Shown here: positions 36,507 to 49,120 of the stretch, piece after piece
How positions within the stretch are numbered: the first letter of the stretch is position 1
Layout: every line of letters starts with the position of its first letter
Assembly (NCBI GenBank): GCA_016748015.1
Contig: JAAOMT010000009.1
Coordinates: forward strand, 266,459 to 330,458
DNA length: 64,000 nucleotides
Source of the DNA: Geosiphon pyriformis uo1
Lineage: Eukaryota; Fungi; Glomeromycota
Direction: 5' to 3'
Notes under the pieces: model-generated
Databases searched by the model: none
What the model saw: the letters and a program-made list of their open reading frames with translations, nothing else
What the model was told of the DNA's origin: nothing
Translations under genes and position numbers: made by a program

Positions 36507-38221
36507 TCATCTTAAATTACTCGGAAACCCATTTGTATCTTGTCGAAGTATCAAAATTTCTTTCCTTGAAACACTTCCCCTGTCAAGTTTGTTCTTATCT
36601 TCTTTTGTAGAAGAATTTAAAAGATTGGTTTCTCTTTTTCCTCGAAATTCGTTAAAAATATAATTTGCTGCGTTGCCAATTCCGCCACTGTTTACTCCTA
36701 CAAATGAATAGTTGAATATATGAAATTTGGACATCAATAAATTTACATAACAAAGATCTACCTATAGTTGTCAAGACCAAATTCCATGTGGCAATTTTCT
36801 GGGATCATAAAGAATAGTCAGGGGTTAAAAATAGAGAGAGGATTTTTTTGTCTGCTGGAAATTTAATTTAAAAAAACTTACATTTAACATGGCACAAAAT
36901 ACATAGATAATCAATGGAATCTGTAACAATATATTTTGAAAAAGTAAAAATTTTAAGTTTACGGTATTAAAATATAAATCTAAAAATGTAAAAGGCTTTG
37001 TAAAGACCTACCCACTGAAGTAAAAATACTAAAACATAACTTGCCACTTTTCTCGTAACTATATCCTCAGCAGTGATAATCAACATTGGATTCATACGGA
37101 CTATCTGAGATTTATTGGCTGCAAGCTTCCCTCGAATCTTAATAAAACAAAATAGCGTGATCATAATTGGAAAACCCGTGAAGCAAAAACAAATAATGTA
37201 TTGAGAAAGTGTGTCTAATTTTGATGAACACCTTTAAAATTATCAAGAGTGTTTTGAATTTAATAAATGGTGAAATGTTGGAGTCTAATATTTGAGTAAA
37301 AATCTAATTTTTACCAATATTTTGCAGATTCATATCCACCAATGTTGATTCTCGTTGTAACTGTCAAAGCCGTTAAAAAATTGATAATAAGAATGAGCTT
37401 AAAATCATATCGACCAAAATTGACCAATTTCCTTTTTACAACTTAGAAATAAAATTGAAAAATTAGCCCAAAGATTGTCTTTTGTTATTTTTTTGGTTCA
37501 AAAGAATGATAGATAATAAGTTTTACCCTCTGAATAGGTCGATATGGCAATGGTGGCATAAAGGTAATTATTATAACAATACGCGACATCTTGCATCGCA
37601 CCTATGATTATGCATCCCGGATCTGGAGGAAGTTGCTGCTTCGTAGCCGAATATACCTTTGAGAGTTTATTTTATCAAGTGAAAAAGTTTTATTTTCGCT
37701 CAAAAGCCTCATAATTAATCAAACAGAAAAAAAGAAAAAGAAAAACTACCAATGTGAAGAGACTAATTGTGCTGACAAATAAATCTGCTCATTTATGATG
37801 GTCAGAATCTCAATAATGTCATCATGTAAAAATCAAAGCTGACTGATAGCTTACCCGCAAGTGCTGTATAAAATGGAAGACGATATGACATTGGTAAACT
37901 GCGCCGCTTGTTGCTTATAAATTTTCTGATTGTTTCCTCTAATATATAAAAAACACCTATAAAGTTAAAGATTAATGTAAAAAAGGCTGCGTTGAATACA
38001 GCTAGTGATTGTGAATTTCGAAAGGAAGGTTTTTCAGGCTCGGCTGTGGTTGAATTTGAGTTTTTTTGAGTTGAATTGAGCTCAAGGTTTTCAATTGACG
38101 AGGAGAATGAGCCCTGAAAATTTAGGGTTATGAATATGAAAAAAGGTATTGAGATTATCGAAATTTTTTTCACTAATCGGGCAATCTTTGGGGTGAAATT
38201 GAATATTATTGGGTTTAACAT
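36507..38221 (-). CDS. Multi-exon 7TM GPCR-like protein (Git3/cAMP-receptor-like)
   Basis: Hydrophobic leader, then TM segments with SLPMSYRLPFYTALA, GCIIIG, NFGRYDFKL, YW|C, RKVASYVLVFLLQW and VNSGGIGNAANYIFNE, spread over short exons with GT..AG introns. Confidence 0.72.
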
Positions 38222-39121
38222 TTTTGTTTTTTTTTGTTTTTTTCTTGGTAATTAGAGAATGGTTTATTGATCAGACTTTTTATCGATATTGTAATCCAAA
38301 AAGTTTTTAAAAAAACTCAAAGTCTAGTTCCATTTATACTATTTGATCGAAGGTACAAATTTGCTAAAAGTCATTTGTAAAATCTAGATTAAATTGCATA
38401 AAAAAATCTATCGCGATCGCCCCTTATATTTCTCGCATTAAAAATTCTGGTTTACCAATCTTTTTGCACCGGACTATATTATTATTGTTATACCAAAAAT
38501 AAATTTTTGACATTTAGATAAGATAAAAATACAACTGATTATTCCAGAACGGAAAAAGATAAGTTAATAGTGATCTATGAAATTTTCAATAAAACCAAAG
38601 GATTTGAAAAATTAATGCTAATAGTCATTTGGTTTTGGTGTCCAAATTGAAATGTGGGAAAACATTTTCCTCTCAAAGAAATTTTGTTTGCTGATCTTTT
38701 AGGTTTGTGTCAAGATGGGTACAAGAAAAGTGAATTCATGATAACGTAAATTAATTTTACACAATAAAAATTAGGTTTAACAAATGACAGTTTAAAATAA
38801 GCCTTTTTTTTTGTACTGACTTTCAATAATTCAATATTATTTTTTATATGTTAAATAAAAGATTTCAAATTTTTGGAAAATAATTATATTAAACTAGATT
38901 TTCAAAAATATAATAGTAAAAAATTATAATGAAAATTAAAATAAATTAATATTTTATGCTTTAATTAACAAATCTTAGGTAATTTAAAATATCCCAAATA
39001 AATTTATTTAATAAATCAATAACAAAAATAATATTTAAATAAAAAAATCTAAATTTAATAATATCATTTTTCTGAAATCATCAGATTTTCAGTGCAACAA
39101 ATCAAATATAAATAGTACTTT

Positions 39122-39963
39122 TTAATTCTTAATTATTTCCAGCTCATAATTGATTGGGGAAAAAGTCTCCATCCTTACAAGTAACTCCCAAATCCACTTT
39201 ATCACTGCCTCAGAAATTTCACTCACAGCTGTCCTTCTCCATATTGAAACGCATTTCAGGATAATGGGACTTCGATACGTTAATTTCTTTTTTAGATTGT
39301 CGCCAAAGCTGAAGCCACTTTGAGTCTCCCGTAAAAACATTGATATTTATTAATAAAAAAAATAAAAAAAAGTGGAAATCAGACAAAATATACTAATTGC
39401 TGCTGTAAGTGAGGATACTTTTCGTCACCATATTAGTAAACACATTGGAGAAGTAACCCTCCGATTTTGAGCTTGGAAGACGCTCCAAATTGCGCAATCC
39501 TTAAAATAGACATTTCATTCTTGGCACGAATAAAAAATGCATACAAACAAGGAGAAAATAATAAAAATTCATTGAATTTCCACTAACCTCTGAATCTCAT
39601 CGATTTTGATGCACAATATATAAGGATTTCACTTTCGACAGCTGTATCCTAACCGAAGAACCATATATCTCGATAATATATCTGCGTGGTGTGAGGCTTC
39701 AACAACCTGTATTAATAAAGAACTTCATGAACTAAAGCAAGAAACAATTCTATCCATGAATTCAAACAGCTGAGACCCCTCAGTGGTATGGAAATCCTCG
39801 AGTTTGAAATATTTATTATCTGCTTCCATTCCTCTTCTGTGAATAGTTTCTTAAACTCGATGTATTCCTGAAAAATATCAGATTTGAAATAAGATGATCC
39901 CAGGGTCTTTCTGATAATCTCTTCCCCAAGCATTAGTATAAGTGTCGGTACAGTGTATGCCAT
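39122..39963 (-). pseudogene. Hypothetical multi-exon gene, apparently disrupted
   Basis: Two colinear ORFs with coding-like composition and intervening splice signals, but in-frame stops near 39712 and 39650. No domain recognised. Confidence 0.35.
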
Positions 39964-40093
39964 AAAAGATTTAAATCTTTTTGTTCTTGGCTATAACGTC
40001 ACAAATTACGTAACCAAACCTATTATGTAACGCGACCGTTGCCATACACAGACATAAAAGGTTCTCTTGTCAGCCAAGCGAAAGGGTTTATTC

Positions 40094-40095
<2 letters not shown>

Positions 40096-40128
<33 letters not shown>
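40096..40128. repeat. (AAT)11 microsatellite
   Basis: Directly visible, upstream of the Sel1 gene at 40248. Confidence 0.9.
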
Positions 40129-40130
<2 letters not shown>

Positions 40131-40247
40131 GGGTCACGTCCCATATTGAATTTTCATCCCTTGTATCACAAAGCAATCATAGGAGTATGCTCTGCGCCAG
40201 TAACATTCATTCAAATACATCGATTACTCAGGCCAAACTAGGCAGCA

Positions 40248-41465
40248 ATGTTTTTCCTCACAGAGATCCGGACATTCATTCATTTTCTCTGTTTTAAAGC
40301 GTTTGAAGTTTCAAGAAAATGGAAATTCTATATAACGAGGTTATATCACTTACGATATTTAGATGTCATATTAACTGTCGGTTGGTCTCCAGTCGACCAA
40401 GTATTGGCAATTTGGAACGAAGAATGTGATTTATATGAAGAAGACATCGTTATTGTCAAACGAATATATGATTTTTTACGAAAAAAGGAATACAATGCCA
40501 AAATACTTTTTCAAAAAGTTTTTGAACAACGAGACAACTTGAAATATGCAACACTTCTCGCCTTTTTATACCACTATGGTATCGGCGTAAATATCGATCC
40601 TGAAAGAGCCTTTGAATGGTACAAGATTGCTTCCGAAGTCAAAAAAGATGCCGTGGCTCAAACACAATTGGGTTGGTGTCATTCAAAGGGATTCGGGACG
40701 CCAGTCGATAAAGAAATGGCATTTTACTGGTACAAGAAATCAACTGAGGGTGGATATGCAGTTGCAGCCTGCAATTTGGGAAATTATCTCAATGAGAGGA
40801 TTGGAGAAAAACTTAACAAACAAAAAGCCGTGATTAATTATGAAATCAGTGCGAAAATGGGATACATTTATGCGCAATTGTGTTTAGGAAATTGCTACTA
40901 TTACGGTTTGGGGACAACGAAAAACGTTGAATTGGCATTAATGTGGTATCGCATTGCCGCCCACGCCGGATACGATGAAGCAATGATTCAATTAGGAGAA
41001 GTATTTGTAGAAGATGGAAGATCTGAAACTGAAAAGAAAATTGGATTTCAATGGTTTAAAAAAGCTGCCGATTCTGGAAGCTCAAAAGCCATGCTTTGTA
41101 TCGGACATTGCTATTACAATGGGAAAGGTGTTGAAAAAAATCTTGAGACTTCTTTCAATTGGTACTTGAAATGTGCAAAGAGAGGGAATTTTGTGGCAAG
41201 TCATTGGATCGCCTTATTTTATTTGGAAGGTTCGGGAACGAAGCGGAATTTTGTTAAATCCTTTTATTGGTGGAAGAAGGCGGCACAACGCCCCGACTCT
41301 CCAAATTCGGTTCTATATGAATTAACAGTTTGTTATCTATTTCCAAGAGGAACCAACAAGGATTTACACAAAGCAATTGAATTGCAAAGGAAAGTTCATC
41401 AAAATTCAAAAAGGGATACTTTCAACGGTACGCTGAAACGAATTTTTGACATCACTTCACATTAA
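40248..41465 (+). CDS. Sel1-like repeat protein (405 aa, ~8 SLRs, single exon)
   Basis: Repeated A...LG.CY..G.G..KN.E.A..WY..AA..G units. Confidence 0.95.
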   Translation: MFFLTEIRTFIHFLCFKAFEVSRKWKFYITRLYHLRYLDVILTVGWSPVDQVLAIWNEECDLYEEDIVIVKRIYDFLRKKEYNAKILFQKVFEQRDNLKYATLLAFLYHYGIGVNIDPERAFEWYKIASEVKKDAVAQTQLGWCHSKGFGTPVDKEMAFYWYKKSTEGGYAVAACNLGNYLNERIGEKLNKQKAVINYEISAKMGYIYAQLCLGNCYYYGLGTTKNVELALMWYRIAAHAGYDEAMIQLGEVFVEDGRSETEKKIGFQWFKKAADSGSSKAMLCIGHCYYNGKGVEKNLETSFNWYLKCAKRGNFVASHWIALFYLEGSGTKRNFVKSFYWWKKAAQRPDSPNSVLYELTVCYLFPRGTNKDLHKAIELQRKVHQNSKRDTFNGTLKRIFDITSH

Positions 41466-42165
41466 ATTTTAAAAGTTCGAATTTCTCGAGCTGGCGGATT
41501 GAAGTTTTCGTATTGAGTAATTTATTTTGATATTGATGAGTCAAAAAGATAATACCAACACACACAACGAATCGGGATTACCTTATTGCCAATCGACAGC
41601 TTAGATATCTTTTTAAACTCTGTAGAGCCTTTAATTTTTAGTCGAAAGCCTAACTCTAAAAATTGCTTATTGTTTATATTGAAATAAATTTGACCCTCTG
41701 ATATTTTCAAAATATCCATTTAAGCTTTGAAACTTTCTCAAATATCACCAATCCCCAATCGTTATCATTGGCCATGTGAATTTGAAATTTATTATTCACC
41801 TTTTATCAAATTTCTTGTTTTCCATTTTAGTTCATACCAATTTTTCTTTCGATTCTTTTTCTTGGTGTAACTTCCGATGCTTAGTGGAACACCAGGTTAC
41901 AGCCGTTGTGATTTAAGCAAGACATCATTGTACCGCGATGCACATAGGAGTTAATAATGAGAATGGACATGTATCAAGGAAAGAGTTATGGAAGCTTGGT
42001 TTGTGGCGAATGGTATATATAAGAGTGATAATGTCTAATTTTTTTCTAAAAGAATTCAAGGCTACTTAGCTAGACAAATTTCATAAACTAAATAGAATTA
42101 TTTTTAAAAATATCATACAGAACCTCTAGATTTTCAGTCATTTGTATTCATCAAAAGTTTATAGC

Positions 42166-43005
42166 ATGTCTGAACCAATAACAATTGCGGGTAAGACTAT
42201 AAATTTGAACCGAATTTTAAGATGTTTGTAATTGCAATAACGAACGCTTCAAATACTTAAGTATTCGGTGGCAGCTCGGGAGTTGGCCGAAAATTTGTAA
42301 AACAAGTTTTGGAGAGAGGCTATAAAGTCAGGGCTCTCGTGCGGACAGGTTCGAAATCAAAAGCTTTACCACACCACGAAAACCTTGAAATAGTGTACGG
42401 GAACGCATTTGACTGGCTACATGTTTTGGCTACCATTCGACCAGCCAGTATAATTTTTCAATCGATTGGTCCGGCCTCATTATCTGACATGGGTGAATAT
42501 CCAACCTCGAAAGCGCAACGAACGATAAATGCTGCTGTGACCGAATTGCCCAAAGGGCAGATAAAAAAAATGATTTTAATTTCAGTGGTTGGAATTGGAA
42601 ATAGTTGTGAAAATGCACCGGCATTGGTAAAATTTGGTGGAGATTGGGTTGTGCCCAAACTGATGGATGATAAAAGAGCTGCCGAAAATATTTTGAAAGA
42701 GTTTTGTGGGGATTCGGGGATCTACTGGACTGTAAGGAAAAATAAATTTTGATTTAAACGTGAAAATATTCTTTTTTAAGATAAATTATAAAATCGTAAT
42801 ATCTTAACTTTTCTCTATCTAGACAATACGTCCTGCTATGATGAATAACTTAAAAATAACTAAAAAGTATCATGTCTCTGAAGATACAAAAATAACCTTG
42901 TTTAATGCTTGCGTCAGTCGAGCTGATGTCGCCCATTTTACATTGGAAGAGGTTATTGAGAAAAATCTATGGCTCAACAAAGCCATTACATTCACACGTT
43001 GCTGA
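42166..43005 (+). CDS. NAD(P)-binding Rossmann-fold oxidoreductase (flavin reductase/BLVRB-like atypical SDR), 3 exons (42166-42190, 42262-42731, 42823-43005)
   Basis: Spliced product reads IAVFGGSSGVG..GYKVRALVR..LISVVGIGNS..DKRAAE..WTTIRP..VSRADVAHF. Both introns are GT..AG and in frame. Confidence 0.9.
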
Positions 43006-43421
43006 AAGGGACTTACCTTTCAAAAAACCAATCTCTTAATCATATTCAAATTTCAAACGGAATTTTCGTGTTGTAAATCTTAAAACTTGAAAATATTTAT
43101 TTGTGATAGATACACGAAGTTTAGATGATAATATATTTTTTCTCAACCATGCATTCCAGAATTACGTATTTATGGTAATAGTAAAATTTTCATTTTCAAA
43201 AAATCAGAATGGTATTTGTAAATTTTGACGCTGAATGAGATTTATTTTTCAGCATAAAATTCTAGGATTTTTGTACCTTAAATTCCCCAACTTTTGGAAC
43301 CCTTTTTATCAAATACTCGAAAACACTCAAAGCAATCAGTAGGCCAGATAGATTATTTCAGTTTTGATTGACTACTTAAATAACGATAAATAACGCAAAC
43401 TGTTCTCATTATTCGAATTCT

Positions 43422-44642
43422 TCAGTCGATATCTAACCGATTTTTGAGTATTTCTTGAATATCATCAAGACAATTCTCATTTCCATTCTCATATGCTTTC
43501 CTATGCCAATATAAAGCCAAATGTAAATCTTTGTTGACTCCTCGAGGTAAATGGTAGCATAATCCAACACTATGTTGCACTGAGGACTGTGGCAGAGAAC
43601 ATTTTGCCGCCTTTTGCCACCAATAGAAAGATTTTTTTAAATCTTTCTTGATTCCAATTCCCTCTAAATATAATAATCCCATCCAATTTTTTGCCACCGG
43701 ATTTCCACCGTTGGCAGACTTTAAAAACCATTTGAAAGCCGATTTGTAATCTTTCAAGACACCATTTCCGTGATAATAGCAATAACCAACACATAATTGT
43801 CCTTCAGAGCTCCCTTTTTCTGCAGCTTGATGGAACCACTCGAATCCTTCTGGTTTATCTTTCTCTTCACCAGTGTTATACATGTAGTAATCACCAAGTT
43901 GTATCATTGCTTGCACATTTCCCCCATAAGCCGATATTCGATACCATGCCAATGCTTTATCCACATTCTTTGACGTGCTTATACCCTGTAATAAGTAATT
44001 ACCCAGATAAACCTGGGCATTTGTGTACCCAAGTTTTGCAGATTTCTCATACGCAAGGAAAGCTTTTTCTTGATCCACCTCGGTTCCAATTCCATCATTA
44101 TAACAGTGTCCAGCATTCACCAATCCAATAGCATACCCTCCTTCTGCCGATTTGGCATACCAATAAAATGCTAGCTCTTTACTTTGAGGTGTTCCAAAGC
44201 CTTTATCATAGCACCAGGCCAGTTGCGTTTGAGCGACAGCATCGTTCCCTATCTTTGCTGATACCTCATACCATTGGAACGCTTTTTCTCGATGAATTCT
44301 TACACCAATACCGTATTGATAGATAAATCCAAGCAATGAAGCGTATTCTAGATGATCCTGTTTCTGAAGAGCTTGCTCAAATATCGAGGAAGTATCTATT
44401 TGATTTTTTCGTAGCCAGTTATCAATTCTGATTAGAATGTCATCGTCATCTTCGAATAGATCACATCCAGTATTCCAGATTGCGAGAATCTGGTCTATTT
44501 TTGAGGGTTGTAGCAACAAATAAATATTTAAAGATTTTAATTTCAATGAATTTATCATTGTTTGTTGATGCTTTCTGATAAGTTCTGTCAGTGTGCAGAG
44601 AAAGGTTGAGGATTTGTTTTTAGCCTGGAATAAGAGTTGCAT
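43422..44642 (-). CDS. Sel1-like repeat protein (406 aa), paralog of 40248-41465
   Basis: SLR repeats; shares DQ.LAIWN..CDL.E.D, DAVAQTQL.WC..KGFGTP and LPRG.NKDLH with the 40248 gene. Confidence 0.95.
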   Translation of the reverse strand: MQLLFQAKNKSSTFLCTLTELIRKHQQTMINSLKLKSLNIYLLLQPSKIDQILAIWNTGCDLFEDDDDILIRIDNWLRKNQIDTSSIFEQALQKQDHLEYASLLGFIYQYGIGVRIHREKAFQWYEVSAKIGNDAVAQTQLAWCYDKGFGTPQSKELAFYWYAKSAEGGYAIGLVNAGHCYNDGIGTEVDQEKAFLAYEKSAKLGYTNAQVYLGNYLLQGISTSKNVDKALAWYRISAYGGNVQAMIQLGDYYMYNTGEEKDKPEGFEWFHQAAEKGSSEGQLCVGYCYYHGNGVLKDYKSAFKWFLKSANGGNPVAKNWMGLLYLEGIGIKKDLKKSFYWWQKAAKCSLPQSSVQHSVGLCYHLPRGVNKDLHLALYWHRKAYENGNENCLDDIQEILKNRLDID

Positions 44643-47249
44643 GATGGAAATTTGGCAAGTGGTAGAGACAAATGCAGATTGTGGTCTATTACATGTAATT
44701 CTGGAAATGTAATATACGTCATCGATTAATCTAAGTGGGGAATGATAATCTAATAGGATCAGCTGACAGATTTTTAAATAAGATTTCTTTGAAAACTCAA
44801 AATTTCAAATGAGTAGATAGAATTAAGTTGAAAAATCTAATTATCAGATTCGCACTTCAAAATTATGGAAGAAATTAATGCAGCAGACATTGCTCAGATT
44901 CATTTATAAAATAAAACAATTACGATGATGAAAATGACTCATACTAACACTATAAAGAATATTCATTTCCTTTTAATCTCATGGACAATAATTGACAGAA
45001 TAAATTAAAAACATTTTATCCATAATTTTACTCAACAAGAATGAGGGTAGGTTTATTGAACTACGAAGACATGAATTAATCGAACTTATAGTGGTTACGA
45101 GATATTTTCTAGTATTGGTGATCAAACCATTTATTTATACATTTATTTTTTTTAATTCCGATTACATATTAATATTTAGTGAGAGTCTTGTATGCCTACT
45201 GTCCACAATGATCTGAGAATAAAATTTTTAATGAATTTTGAAATTATTTCAATTGACTTTGTTACACCTTTGAATGAAAACTTTAATCTTTCAATATGAC
45301 AACCCAACAGTGGTCAAATATCATAATTTAATAATTTCTGTAACCTATTTCGCTAAATATATCATTATATTGAATCTGTCACATCTATTATCATTATCAT
45401 TTTATTTATGTTCAGACTGGAAAGTTTATTGATTTTTGTTATTATAATTAGTTTTAAAGACGATAAATATCAACGCAAATTATTGAAAGTTAATCCAACC
45501 TAGAAATTAAGGTTTTAAAAGGTTCACTGACGCAGGTTATCTACTATTCACCATCATATTACTTTGAGAAAATTTTCTCGCTCCACTAGATAACATGTTT
45601 TAATTGCTTCAAAGATAAAATAGATATCTAACAAAGAAATTTGGTCATTACCAAATACTTGTACAAGATATTGAAGAAAAATGTGTTTCACTTCTATATC
45701 TACAATCCTAAAGGTTCCATAGTAAGATTTTATACATATGTGACACACCAATTGTCTTGATCTACTTCTGGCAGATTTCGCGAGTTCATGGATGCTTTGT
45801 GCCCCAAACTAAAAAAATACCGTGTTACCATTTGTGTAATTACATGTACTTGCAAATGGTTTCACATGGTACCATGAAAAGAAATTCACGGAGAGCATTG
45901 TGCTGAAGAAAACCTGTATTTGGTAATTTCTCTTGTGAAAAAGGTAGGAGAAATCTCAATGTTGAAATGGATGGGATCTTATAAAATATTTTCGGATTGT
46001 TCACGCTAGAAGGGTAATATGTATATATGATTAGGTTAAATTTATATTAGTGCATTAAGTCTAACAAAGCATTGGTTTAAAATAAATCAATGTCTAACAA
46101 GATTTAATGAATAATTCTCAACCATATATACATTATAAACAGAGATTTTCTAATTGCAGAAAAGTGTGAGAGAGATAGTCTTATTAATACAAAATTAATT
46201 AAGTTTAGAAACTCAATTTTGCGTAAAAAATACAAGAGGATGGTTATTTTAACTTACACATCAAATAATAATCCAAGTAATGATTAGGTTAATTTCAAAG
46301 ATATCAATAGATATGAAAAAAGTAAATCCCAAAAAACTTTCAAATTTTTTTGCATTCCTCAATTTTTTATAATGAAATTTACTATTGCGGTTTAAAAAAT
46401 GGTTTTATTTAAAAGTCTATAACTAAATCTTTTGTCGCTGGCAATATTAATCCAATTATTCAAAGGAATTTTTTTTTTGAGCAGGGAATAAGATTTTCAT
46501 TACAAGAAAGCTTTCTAGTCAGTCTAAATGCTCAGATTTATTTAATTGATCAGCAGCCTATTTATTTACCCTTTTCATCTAGAGAATAGGCATTTTTTTA
46601 AAGTTGTTTTCACACGAGAATAAATATTTCAGATAAGAAATTTTATGATCCATACTAAAAATCACATTTTACTAATTTGATCGAAAAGAAAAATTTTTAT
46701 CTTCCCGCACAATTTTTAATTCAAGACATGATTTTTTTTATCACATGAAATCGTGAAAGAGAAAAGTAAAAAAGTATTCTGATCATTTTCAAATTCAATT
46801 GAGGGCTCTCATAACCATGTGGACTACAAAACCATTGTTTCATGTCAAATTCATACGATTTTTTCCGTATTAGAAAACAAACATACGGGAAAAAAAGGTC
46901 TTTGATTGATAATGTATATCGCTCTTGCTTAATTGTGTTTAAACCTATTCCATTTCATTAATTGCATTGGCGATCGCGTGCAATTACTCAATAAAGTATC
47001 AAACACCCGATCACTACTTTTCGGAAGTTTATTTTTGGTCTTTGGACATTCGATGATTCAAATGAAAATTATATTAACGATCCAAAGATGTTTATAAATA
47101 AAATTTTAAAAATCCGTAAAGAAATTTTTATATAATTACCAGATTCAAAAAAGAATTCATAATAAGGAATTATAGTTTGCGTTTGATTTCAGTTGCTTTC
47201 TAATGAATTTATGAATAATAGGAAATTGATCTGTCAATGAATTTAAACA

Positions 47250-49120
47250 TTTGACACAGCGTCCGATTGTGACTCTTACTCATTTTTTTTATACTTTTCT
47301 CACACTGATACTGACTCTGTCACCACTGTCTCAACAACACAAAAACCATTATGGTACACACATAAAATGACTCATCATCCAATTTCACAGCCAATGACCT
47401 GGTTAAGGATATCATCACAATCAACACAAACCTCAGTTGTTAACAGTGAAGAAGAAATGAGCAACAAGAAGCGCAAAGTTGGGGCAAATCTTCTTTCTCA
47501 TACTTGGAAGAAACAAAAAATGGAAGGAATGATAAGGAGTTTAAAAATTCATGTGTATCCAAATGCAAAACAAAAAATGATAATGAAGCAATGGTTGGGT
47601 TGTGCCAGATAAAAAGAGGTAAAGATTTTGAATATATATTGGAAATATTGACTTTTACACTACACTTGTTATTATAGGGTTTTATATAATATGGTGGTGA
47701 AAACAAAAAAAAAGAAAAAAAACAAAAAGAAAAAAAAACAAAAAGAAAAAAAAACAAAAAGAGAAAATAAAAGGAAAAGGCTATAAACATCCTGATCTTA
47801 AATCTTGTCAGAACTTATTAAAAGAACACATTGCAATAACATAGTTTTATATGAAAAAAGTGCTTTTTAATGTTCTTAATGAAACCATAAAGAAGACCAT
47901 TCAAGCTTAGGAGCTTGTCGTTCACCAAAACATTGAGGTGCAAAAGCTTGAACAACCTGCCTGGCATTCTCTTTGGTTCCGTTTGTGAAAACAATTACAA
48001 TTTTAGAGCAAAACTGCAAAAATGGTTTGCTGTTTTATAAATATAAACTTCATTCATGGGAGCAAATTTTTAATGATCAACCTGGTCTTAAACATAAAAA
48101 CCAAAAAAACAAAACCAAAAAACTAAAGAAATGGTAAAATAAACAGCAAAATAATCACAAGTCTGGCCAACAACCACAGGAATTCCAAATAGCAGACAAA
48201 AAAAACAAAAAAAAAAAACAGAATAATCATGAATTTGGCCCTCAACAACTATTACAGTCACTATAAATCTAAAAACAAAAGCAAATAAATTCCAAGGTAT
48301 TATTCCAAGAACAAAAAATTTATTCATATTGAAAAAATGCCAATACACACCTTTTACTTCATTCTGAGCATTGAAAAAAAGGCTACCTTCCAATGATGAT
48401 GACAAGAACCAAGTGGAAATTTGCTCTCTATATCCAGGTGTTTGTACCTTTCAAAGCTGGTAAGTTAATAACAGAAATGAGATGTTAAAAATAAAATATT
48501 AAAAGTAAAATGTTATAATTAATTTACAACCTGTTGTACTATTAATTAATAAATATTCTCCAACACAAGACTGTGGCAAAATTGGTGGCAATGATGCCCA
48601 AATGCTTGTCCGCATCTGCCTCAAACTCGATTGCCTACGGTCCAGGCTTCTGCGAAGAAGCATAAATCAATGCGATGTGCATAAGCACAAATGCCCCAAT
48701 AAATTCATAACCTTGTGGATGAGGTCCACAAGAAGACTGCTCTATGGCTTGTGTAAATATTTGATATTATCATCCTCCCACCCTTCAATATGAGCCAGAT
48801 AGGGAAAAAGACCCAAAAACGGAAGATTAATTCCAAGATGGTTCGAAAGATGATGACATGGGCACACTCAAGGTTCAGGAAAAGGCTTTTATCAAAAGCC
48901 AAGGAATATGAAAAACGAATGTGCACAGTCTCAGAGATGTATACAAGCAAGATCTGCAGTCAATGTGGGTGGATCAATGAAAAACTTGGAGGACAGAAGT
49001 CCTTCCATTGCCATGGGTGCGACTTGAATATTGATGGTATTTTTCTTTGAGCTCTATTGAATGGCTGCATAAAATTTGAATAGTGGCTGAGTGAGACTCT
49101 GACACTTTACCGAATTCTGT
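47250..49120 (+). mobile_element. Fanzor (IS607-TnpB-derived, Fanzor2-like) nuclease pseudogene with two spliceosomal introns
   Basis: IRSLKIHVYPNAKQKMIMKQWLGCAR|VLYNMVV (TnpB N-terminal motif across an intron ~47610-47677). ICSLYPGVCTFQSW|YSP (RuvC-I DPG region across intron gtaagt from 48469). IHNLVDEVHKKTALWLV*IFDIIILPPF; VRKMMTWAHSRFRKRL; VSEMYTSKICSQCG..CHGC zinc finger. Many stops and frameshifts; ends approximate. Confidence 0.92.

Noticed and set aside
47251-47282. Terminal inverted repeat pairing with 49088-49126
   Set aside because: The match needs several gaps, and the left segment can also be read as eroded Fanzor N-terminal coding sequence (SVRL*L). Not accepted as a defined TIR.
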